Assembly: GCA_002189035.1 (NCBI GenBank)
Contig: NEEC01000012.1
Span: forward strand, 2,480,001 to 2,544,000
From: Utricularia gibba
Lineage: Eukaryota; Plantae; Magnoliophyta
DNA: 64,000 bases
Direction: 5' to 3'
The notes beneath the pieces were generated by a model. That model was not told the DNA's origin and did not search any database. It was given only the letters and a program-made list of their open reading frames with translations. The translations under genes and the position numbers were made by a program. Positions 14,362-23,980 of the stretch are shown here, in pieces. Within the stretch, counting starts at the first letter, position 1; each line of letters starts with the position of its first letter.

Positions 14362-16553
14362 CTAGAACCCCAAAACTTTGGAAAGCCTGTCTGAGACATT
14401 TGCTATCACGAATCCTGCAAACACCTGCAAGCATAGCATTTGGCTCCATCATCCTCCTCCCTGCAAAACACATCCTGATGCTATGCGCTTGACTGAATGA
14501 CTCACCTGAATAGATCCTAGGATGTAAACTGCTGAGTATTGCCGGCCATGAATCGCCATATCGGCCAACATTGCGACCGGGATGGTCAGGGACATGCCTA
14601 AGGTGGCAACCAGGGGTGTAGTCCAGATTACGGATAGGGCCCTGATCAGCAAACACACATGTTGAGTAGCATCATCAGATGCAGTTTTGGGAAGGGGATG
14701 GTTGATGTTGTGTACCATATGTAGTCAGATAGAACGCTTCCTATGAGTCCATTTGCGATGACAACTTCATCCACTCTCACTGAATGGGGAACCGTGAACT
14801 GGGGTTCGATGCCGAGAGCTGTCAGTGGCCAAACTGAAAGCAATGCAGGGATTAGAGACATTTATGCCGTGATGGCTGAATGTGCACCCAAGGAGGACAA
14901 CCTCTTGCCTGTCGTCCTTTTTGTGTATGTATGTTTGAAACATACATCAAAAGCATCTAATTTTTTCACCAGACTTGGAATTCTTACCCAGCCACCAGAG
15001 AGACACAAGGGTAAAGAGCCCCACATAACCAAATAGCTTCTGCACATCGGCTTTTTCCTCCTCCCCACCGCAGAACTTCTTAAGAAGCACTACAGAGTTT
15101 AAAAAAAAGAGAGAGCCGTTACACATACTTCTGATGCTTGATTCTGGGTTGAGGGAGATGCTTACCAGTGAACAAGCCGTAAGTCACAGCTGACATGAGT
15201 CCAAACATATCCCCAATGAGAGTGCGTTCGCTGGTTCTATAGCAAAAGAAATTTCAACCATGAGTCTGTTAGTGATACATTGATTCCCATGTATAGTGTA
15301 CTGCATGGCTAGCAAGACTGAAAAGAGCTGAAATGTGTACATACGATGAAGTATTTAGTTCTGAATCATCGGCAGCCCATGTTTTACCAAAGGTTGTCAT
15401 CACAGCGCCAGCCATGCTGACAAGCACAGCCGTGACTTTTGCAATGCTTAATGAATCATTTCCCAAAAGCACACCGATAAACAGGGTAAACAACCCTGCG
15501 GTAGAAGATAATACTGTAGTGCTTGCTACGCTTGTACGTGCGAGAGCAGCATTTGATAAATACTGCAAAGTAGAAGCAAAAGGAGCAAAAAAGGCATCAA
15601 TCATTAGAAGGAAAATGAATGCAAGTGATGGCCTCTTGTTTTAGATATTAGGCCAGAGTAAGCTGTTGATCTGAGATCAGTGCACACACAAGGAAATAGA
15701 TAAGTGCTATAAGTTTTAGACACCCAATATCAGGAAAACAAATCTTCAGTTTGAATGTAAAAGGTATTAATTACCTGTTACACAACAAAAATTACCTCAG
15801 TGACAAACCAAAGAGGAGCTATGTAAAACCCAAAGGTAGCAATATCTTTGGTTGTCATTTCTTTTCCAGTTTTAATAATAGCATCATCCTGTATTCTGGA
15901 AACTAAGGGTTTCCCCTCATGCTCTGATAAGTTATTTTCACTGTTCTTCCGGTCGAAAGATCTTTGAATTTCCATTTCAAGGAGTTTCTGCCCCTCAATG
16001 AACTCTGAAGGGCCATTACATGCATTGTTCCTCACATCCGGAACTTTCTTACCGTTTGTCTTAACCAAATTCCAGATAAAATCTTTTAAAAACGCTATTG
16101 GAAGATAAATCACCATCAGCGAAGCCCCGAGATATGTCACAGCAAACGGTTGCTTATAATCTACGAAAATACCCTGTTCGAAGAACCAGAATGAAAGGTG
16201 AGATTGGATGAATTTACACACGCTAAACTTCCTATAATCCAAGAAATTCTTTTTCTCTTTGGGTTGCTAGTTAATAGTGATTAATCTTTGCACAGAACTG
16301 CAAGCAGGCAGCAAAACATAGGGGAAAGCAAAGAAGCAAGAGAACCAATTAAAACAATTCACAAAACAGAAAAAAAGAGGAAGGAGCTTTGAGCTGCGAG
16401 TCATAAACCATCTAAAGATCCTAACCACGCATACGCACAGGAGAAAACAAAAAAATGGAGACAACTGACCTGCGTAACCTCTGCAGAAGAAACCCATATA
16501 ATGACCACTGCAGCAATTAACACTAGCCCCGCCTTATATCTCCAACCCATCAT
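14362..16553 (-). CDS. EamA/DMT-family (SLC35F5/THI74-like) membrane transporter, 8 exons
   Basis: Exons 16553-16470, 16173-15796, 15562-15345, 15236-15166, 15089-14988, 14833-14716, 14641-14506, 14424-14362, GT-AG. Motifs [88 protein letters not shown]. Confidence 0.92.
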
Positions 16554-17163
16554 GAAAGGATCCAAATTTGAACCACCAACAAATCAAGATCTCAACAGAT
16601 CAAAAGATTGGACTTTTGAAAACGCCTGCATATGGGAGCAACCGGGACGGAATAAAAACACAAGCCAAATATGATGATGTTTCAACTAAAAACCGTACAA
16701 TATTCGTGTCGGTGTGTGATGTCTTGAATGCACGTCGCCAATCACAAAGCCTAATGTCTAAGAGTAGGAGGAATACGAACAGTGGGAAGCTGCCGGAGGA
16801 GAATATACTGCTGTAAAAGCTTCGTAATTTACATACTGATCCCATCTTCCCCATCGGAATGCGCATCCTCCGATTTACTCTCCTTCCTCTATCGAATGAT
16901 CTTCTCAATGGTGAATATTTGAAGTTAGATGGAAAATGATGATGGTATACCTGTTTTTTAAGTATAATAATTAATGTTCTTTAATTACATAATAAATCAA
17001 AATATTTTGTTTTAAAATGCAAATTTCCAGAAAATGATTAAAAAATATATTAATTTAATAAACCAAAATAGAAACCTCCCGTTCTTCCACGCCCTGTTTC
17101 AATCTCATAAACCCTAGTTGCTGATGTAGGAGAATCTTCTCGTTTTCGCTCTAGAGAATCTCA

Positions 17164-18047
17164 ATGGCGTTCAGATCTCGCGAAATGATGAAAAAAGTTC
17201 TGAATAAGGTCGGTGGTGAGCAAAAGCTGGCGCCGGGAGTGAAAGAGGAGCTGAAGAAATTTATGCCGGATAGGAAAATCGTCATGGGTCGTGCCCACCG
17301 CGGGCTCTACGCCGGAAAACATATCCAGTTTGGTAATCGCGTCAGTGAAGATGGCGGGAACAAGTATGGATATTTTCTTCCTGGATTCCTTTCATGTTGG
17401 ATTGATATATCGAATGTGTTTTCTCTTATTTTGTCAAGTTCAGAATTTCGCTATTGTTATGGGTTTCTCAAATTGCGAAACTTTTCGTGTGATCAGTTGA
17501 TTTGTCTGTGTGTGAACCTACTCTTTTTTTACAATTACCGTTTTATTGTAAGCGCTTCATATTTGGAGCGCAAACTTGACCAAATGAGTTTTTACATGGC
17601 ACTCGTACACTCTGTGATTCTACTTGTTTTGATGCCTACCATAGGTCAAGGAGATCTTGGAAGCCTAATGTTCAGGAGAAGCGACTCTTCAGCTACATTT
17701 TGGATCGTCACATTCGAGTGAAGGTATCAACTCATGCACTCCGCTGCATAGACAAAGCTGGTGGAATTGATGAGTACCTGCTCAAGACGCCATACCAAAA
17801 GATGGACACGGAAATGGGCATTCAATGGAAGACCAAGATCGAGAAGATGTACTCAGATCTTCGAGAGATGGAGGTCGTTTTCTTCTCTCCTGAAAGTGAG
17901 GTGAAGATTGAAGAAGAATTTAACCAACTCAAGTTAGAAAAGAAGGCTTTCCGCAGAGAAGCTAGAAGAAAGATGTATGGTCTCCCCCTAAACAAGATCT
18001 GCTTAAGGATGGGACTGATGCTGAGAAGGATAAAGAAGAGCATTTAA
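17164..18047 (+). CDS. Mitochondrial large-subunit ribosomal protein bL28 family, 2 exons, C-terminus uncertain
   Basis: Exon 17164-17363 plus exon from 17645: RAHRGLYAGKHIQFGNRVSEDGGNK/SRRSWKPNVQEKRLFSYILDRHIRVKVSTHALRCIDKAGGIDEYLLKTP. Telo-box AAACCCTAG upstream near 17109. Confidence 0.92.
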
Positions 18048-18554
18048 CTGAAGCTACATGAACCAATGGTGGCAACTGCTTGAGAGCAACCCAGTACCTC
18101 AGATCAAGGTTTATTCCGTAGCTTGATGGAAAAGATTAATACTGAAGTGCAGGTCTTGGCATTACATTGTTGATTGATTTCATCTTGTGTTCTGATAGAG
18201 AGGTTCAGGGTTCCTTGTAGTTCAGAGTTGAAGCTCCCTTGAATTATGGGTAAAATTTCTCAGTTTATTGCATGCTAATTTGCTAGACTGTGAAGGGGAA
18301 TCAAGATTTTCCATAAAGCGCAGGTCTTGGAAAGCTTTGCAAAAGAAGATACATTGGCAAATCCTGAATTCTGGTTCTAAATTATAGAAACAATAATAAA
18401 CGAGAAATAGAATCGGGCTACATGTTAACAGCACTGAAGAATGGATATTTTAGAAGATGGTGAGACAGTGCAGTAATACAAAGAATTTGAAGATATATTC
18501 ATATATGAAAGGAAACTTGTCTGTTTCAGAAAGATTAGATTTTGATGTCTGGTT

Positions 18555-20156
18555 ATGGCCGCTAAAATGGGCAAGGTTAGAATGTTGGAAGACATGTTTC
18601 TGGGCTTGATGAAGAAATGCGACAACACGAAAGACTTGATGAGATTGCATTGCTACATGGAGAAGTTTTCATTGCTTCAAAGCAATTTCTTGGTATCCAG
18701 AATGTTGGATGCTTGCGTTCAATACGTCGAGATCCAATACGCAACTTCGCTTTTCAGGAACGTTCTTCGGCCTAACATTTATGTGTACAACGCAGTTATC
18801 AGACTCTACACTCACAAGGAGAATTATGTATTAGCTCTCAAGACATTCAAGCAGCTGCTGAGTCACAGTGAAGAGCATCTCCAGCCTGATGGGTTCACTT
18901 TCCCATTTGTTATAAGGGCCTGCGCGGGGGTTACGGATTTGTGGTTAGGAAAACAAATTCATGGGCATGTTTGTAAACATGGGTTGGAGTGCAATAGCGT
19001 GATTGCGAACTCGTTGCTGGATATGTACGTGAAGTGTGGCGCGATATTTGAAGCCCATGGAATGTTTGATGAAATGCGCGAGAAGGATGTGATTTCCTGG
19101 AACACTCTTATTACCGGGAACATGAATCTGGGGCGTTTGAGGACGGCGAGAGCGTTGCTTGAAGCCATGCCGAATAAGACCATTGTTTCTTGGACTACGA
19201 TGATATCTGGGTATACAAAAGCTGGTCTTTTCGGTGATGCATTGGTGATGTTTAGAAGATTGCAGGTGCTGGGAATCCAGCCTGATTGGGTCAGCTTGGT
19301 CTCTGTTTTGCCTGCTTGTTCACAATTGGGAGCTCTTGAACTTGGAAAATGGGTTCATTCTTATGCTGATAAACATAGGCTTTTAGGCATAACCGTCTTA
19401 TGCAATGGCCTCATTGAGATGTACATGAAGTGTGGTGGTGTTGACCAAGCCATGCAGCTGTTTAGCACCATGAGAGAGAGGGATGTGATCTCGTGGAGTA
19501 CAGTGATTTGTGGCCTGGCAGTTCACGGGAGAGCTCACGAAGCACTTGACTTGTTTGATGAGATGCAGAAATCCAAAATCCAGCCGAATGCAATCACCTT
19601 CGTTGGTCTGTTGTCAGCTTGTGCCCATGCAGGCTTATTAGATCAAGGCCAGAAATACTTCCATTCTATGCAGAATGATTACAACATTGAGCCAGAAATT
19701 GAACATTACGGTTGCCTCGTTGATATCCTTGGACGAACGGGTCAGATCGAACGAGCTTTGGAGGTGATCAAGGGCATGAAGATAAAGCCAGATTCAGCAA
19801 TATGGGGTTCTCTGCTGAGTTGCTGCAGAACACATCGTAATCTTGAAATTGCTGTCATTGCCATGGAACAGTTGTTGGAGTTAGACCCTGGAGACACAGC
19901 GAACCTCGTCTCGCTTGCAAATATATACGCAGACCTCAAGAACTGGGATGGGGTAGCAAGAATGAGGAAGCTCATGAGAAGTAAGAGAATGAAGAAAACC
20001 CCTGGTTGTAGTATGATTGAGGTGGACAGCGTTGTTGAAGAATTTGTGAGTGGAGGCATCTCAAATCCCTTATGCAGACAAGTTTTGGAGCTCTTGTCCT
20101 TGCACTGGACCAAGACGAATTGTGATTATGCCGACACTCTGGCTCAAGAGTTTTAG
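18555..20156 (+). CDS. PLS-class, E-subgroup PPR protein (organellar RNA-editing factor type; resembles At2g20540)
   Basis: Intronless 533-aa ORF with repeated DVISW..I motifs, HYGCLVDILGRTG, WGSLLSCCRTH and the E-motif end KKTPGCSMIEV; no DYW domain. Confidence 0.93.
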   Translation: MAAKMGKVRMLEDMFLGLMKKCDNTKDLMRLHCYMEKFSLLQSNFLVSRMLDACVQYVEIQYATSLFRNVLRPNIYVYNAVIRLYTHKENYVLALKTFKQLLSHSEEHLQPDGFTFPFVIRACAGVTDLWLGKQIHGHVCKHGLECNSVIANSLLDMYVKCGAIFEAHGMFDEMREKDVISWNTLITGNMNLGRLRTARALLEAMPNKTIVSWTTMISGYTKAGLFGDALVMFRRLQVLGIQPDWVSLVSVLPACSQLGALELGKWVHSYADKHRLLGITVLCNGLIEMYMKCGGVDQAMQLFSTMRERDVISWSTVICGLAVHGRAHEALDLFDEMQKSKIQPNAITFVGLLSACAHAGLLDQGQKYFHSMQNDYNIEPEIEHYGCLVDILGRTGQIERALEVIKGMKIKPDSAIWGSLLSCCRTHRNLEIAVIAMEQLLELDPGDTANLVSLANIYADLKNWDGVARMRKLMRSKRMKKTPGCSMIEVDSVVEEFVSGGISNPLCRQVLELLSLHWTKTNCDYADTLAQEF

Positions 20157-20327
20157 AGAAACAGCAGCCTAATCTGCTATGCAGGTATCTTTGTACATTA
20201 ATGTATATGTGATTCAAATTTTTAGAGATGGGAACTGATTAGATGATCTGATTGTTAGCTGAGGCCACTAGAATCAATGCTAAATCTTCTTACCAATAAA
20301 ATTTGCTCTACTTGTATGTTTTTACAG

Positions 20328-20830
20328 CGAATAGCCAAGAAACAGGAAAACCTGCAGCCACCAGCTGTTTTTTCAAGCACTTGACAAAACAAGGGATGGT
20401 GGATCTCCACACCAAAATGATCACAATGGGTTATGAACCTGATCCGCTCACCTGCAATTTGATATTGAAAATGCTGTGCAAGGAAGGCAACATAGACCTT
20501 GCCCAACAAATCACACAGGAGATGAGAGCAAGGGGATCAGATTTGGATATGAAGGCTAGTGTTATGTTGTTCCAGTTGCTATGCAGGTTTCGTGCCTACA
20601 TGGAAGCCATTTCCGAGCTCGAGGGTATGCTCAGTAGAGGGCATTTCCCTCCGCATCAGCTGTATCGGATGATTACAAAGGATTTGCAGAAGCAGAAGAT
20701 GAATGGAATGGTGAAGAAGCTTCATCCCCTTATGCTCTCTGTCCATCATTCCGCAGAGCTGCCTTACAGATGCAGAGCAACATCCCACATGGTGAAGAAC
20801 AGCAACAACACAAGAGTGCCTGCCAGATGA
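20328..20830 (+). pseudogene. Orphan C-terminal fragment of a P-class PPR protein
   Basis: Open frame with PPR-like repeats (KMITMGYEPDPLTCNLILKMLCKEGNIDLAQQITQEMRARG; AISELEGMLSRGHFP). First ATG at 20396; preceded by an acceptor-like TTTTTACAG ending 20327; no N-terminal part nearby. Confidence 0.55.
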
Positions 20831-21016
20831 CTTCTCCCCCAAAAGATACAGTTAGACTGTTAGAGAGAAAATTCCAGTATTCTGATAGTAATGATTAGGA
20901 AGTTTATTTCAAATTAATTGTATGTGAAGTAATTAGCGCATAAGCAAATTAAGGTTAGAGGGGAACCAGAGGCGATTGGAGTTGATTTGTGGATTGTTGG
21001 ATCTTGCTGCAATTAT

Positions 21017-21502
21017 TAGGGGTGATTATTAGGGTCATTTAAAAAAAAATATTCCACCTTTCTCTTACATATATTATGATCAAAATTTTATATATAAAGT
21101 GATCACTTTTTTCATGCACTTAAAATGTAGTGATCACTTTTTTAATACATCTATGATTATTAAGATTAATACAGCCAGCCGAAATGATAATTGAATAAGT
21201 ATATAAAATGATAATTGAAATCAAACCGAATTAATAGAATAGGTTCCATTTCAGGTTAACCGAATTAACTAGATGTGATTATTGAAGTTAATCAAAATTG
21301 AAATTGTATCGAATAATTGAATAAATGTATAAACTAATGATCAAAATCGAATTAAAAACGAAATTATATAAAATTTATTGAATTAACCAACAAATAATTA
21401 CTTCGGTAAATAACCCAACTAACCATAACTAATTTATTCCAAATTCTGTTCGGATTGATCAATAGATTTTCTGGGTTATTAACCGAATTTTGGTCAGCCC
21501 TA
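21017..21502. mobile_element. Candidate non-autonomous hAT-like element
   Basis: Ends TAGGGGTGA (21017-21025) and TCAGCCCTA (21494-21502), an 8/9 inverted match; AT-rich interior with AACCGAA repeats (21224, 21258, 21481). No 8-bp target-site duplication visible. Confidence 0.4.
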
Positions 21503-22347
21503 GTGAAGATCGAAGCCCCAACGGCTGAGGAGCAACATATTGAACTCTCTTCTTCCCATGGATCAAACCAAATCCTTTTTTCTGACCTGGGGTTATCGCC
21601 GTTGTCGTATTTGGAGGGCGTGCATGGATCGACTGAGTTTACCAGAAAACTTGGCTGAACTCGAAAGACTTTCCGATGAAAACGTAGTTCTGGAGAAAGG
21701 CAAAGCATTTTCCCTCTTTTGGGTTTTCATTTTTAACAGGCAAAGAGTGGGTAATAAGGTTTGGAGGGGAAGAGGGAAAAAAGATATGGAACAGTGAGGT
21801 GTGGAGCCCAAAAATGGACAGTTTGGGAGAATCTTGTGGCAGGAAGGAATGATAATTCATCGCTGAAAGAGAATCTTAAACCTTGAAAACGACGGTAGAC
21901 ATGAATACAAACTCCGGCAACGGGGCATGGCAGAGGAAGAATGGAATGATGAAATGATATGGAGGCTCTTTTGGGGGTGGGGTGGAGTGGGGGGATCAGT
22001 CGCTGCCGATCACACTCCTTCCACCTACGTAACAACAAATTTTTGATCAAAAGCTCTCCCTTCTTCGTCTTCTTTGAATGAAGTGGTCGCTGAAATCCCG
22101 CTGAAAAGGTGATGCTGCTTTTGTATTAAAACAAGAAAGCACATCTTGTCCTGTGGGGGGAAGGGAAAAGGAGGTACCTTTTTCTTTTTCCCCTAGTTGA
22201 TTGTAACCCACCTTGTGGATTTCACTCTGTTTTTCCTCTCGGCCCCCCGGAATTCAGGATTCGCCTTCCCGCTTCTCTCTATTGTAGCTCTCTCCAAAGT
22301 TCCAATTTTTACGCTGGGTTCTCTGCGAGTGATTAATTTCACAACAA

Positions 22348-23644
22348 ATGGCTCGTGCACAGAGTAATAGTAAAAATGTTCACGTGAATAGCTTCATGGG
22401 TGGTGATGGAGAAGTTAATCCCTCAACTTTTCATGATTTTCTCGGCAAGAAGTGCCAAGAACAAGTAGCTCCGCTGCCAGAGGTGTCCGTGTCCGCCACC
22501 TCGGATCTGGTTTCTGGTGACTTAGCTTTCCCTTGAATAAGTTATGCTTAGCTTCTGGATTTCCTTCTCGTGTGCAAAAGTTCATCTGAAAAATTTTCTT
22601 ATTGTGCCGTTAGAGAGACACTTACGTAGTCATTTAGAGGGAATAGCAGTCTATGGAATGAGAAGCAATGCTGCAATGGCATCAAGCAGTAGTCATTTCA
22701 TGGGGAACAAGAGAAGTAACTCAGATTCAATAGACAGAGATAGTCCCCTTCTCACTAAGGTGACTGTCTCTGCTTGTATTTTCGTCTTACGCTCATTTCT
22801 AAAACATAGTCAACACTATCGTGTGTTTACAGCTTCTCCGGTACTCTGGGCACGAAGAGGATACTTTGTTTCCCAAACCATCTCCCAGAAATGATGGCAA
22901 ATGGGGTAGATCTGCTGCAGTAAATAGTCCAGGGACCCTGCTTCATAATCCTCAAAGTGGTGCTCCATTTTGTTATGCAAATAGATTGAAAGATGCGAGT
23001 AATGTGAGCATTTCACTCTTGTCACAAATAGCTGCTGATGAAGGGTCCAGAACTGGGATCAAGCGGCCAAGATTGTTTAGCTCAGTGAATGTAGCAGCAG
23101 GAGCTATGCCTGGAAATGCAAGACAGCCAACAGGTAAACAAATAGCCCTTTGTGAACCTAAAGCAACTACAAATCTCAGGTTCGTTGAGCTGATCTTAGT
23201 ATCCAAATACCATTCCTTTTTTTCATAATACCATGAAGCTCAGCTGAACTCATGATATGTGATTATGTTATTATCAGTGAGCATGGGACAGAATCCAGTG
23301 GTGGAACTGGGCAGATGACTGTTTTCTACGGCGGACAAGCGCATGTGTTCGATAATGTTCCTCCCAATAAGGTGCTTTGTTATACCATTCCTTTTCATGA
23401 TCATAACCGACCGAGTTGATGAATCAGTGATCAGTTCATGGTACTGAAACTCTGATAAACACACCAGGCTGATGTCATAATGGCGTTGGCTGGATCCAGT
23501 GGAGGGTGTTGGTCAACAGTATATAAGAAGCAGCAGCAGAAGCAGAAGGCATCACCCCAAGCCAGGATGAAGGAGCCTCTGTGCGGTACCAGTAGCAGGC
23601 ACGGGAACGAAAACAGGGACAGGAATGTGCACGGTGATATGTAA
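22348..23644 (+). CDS. TIFY8: TIFY-domain protein, TIFY8-like, 5 exons
   Basis: Exons 22348-22516, 22614-22759, 22833-23179, 23278-23371, 23468-23644 in phase. FHDFLG, GNKRSNSDS, ADEGSRTGIK, and TIFY motif QMTVFYGGQAHVFDNVPPNKADVIMALAGS; no Jas motif seen. Confidence 0.87.
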
Positions 23645-23980
23645 TGCAAGTCAAAAGTACTTAGAAACTTTTGTGATGTCACATGGATCAGACTTGAAGC
23701 AATGTCTACTTCTGAAGTTGAACAACATGAACTCTAAAGCAGAATCCAAATCAGAGCCACAGACAAGTCTAAAATACTACACATGCAAAGACAAGAGTTC
23801 AGAATTGGGCTCAAGCAATTAAAGGGCCCAATGACATCATGAGCAGCCACGTGGTTTGTACTATAGGCCCAACAATAATGGGCCGACATTTAATGGTCAC
23901 GTTTCTATTCCCCACTTCGGCCCAATAATATCATGGTTTGGTGAATTGTGGGCCCACTAAAAACAAAGAATTTCAGTACA

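Noticed and set aside
23133-23278. Suspected frameshift in TIFY8 using the donor at 23134
   Set aside because: The later donor after 23179 gives the correct phase, so no indel is needed.
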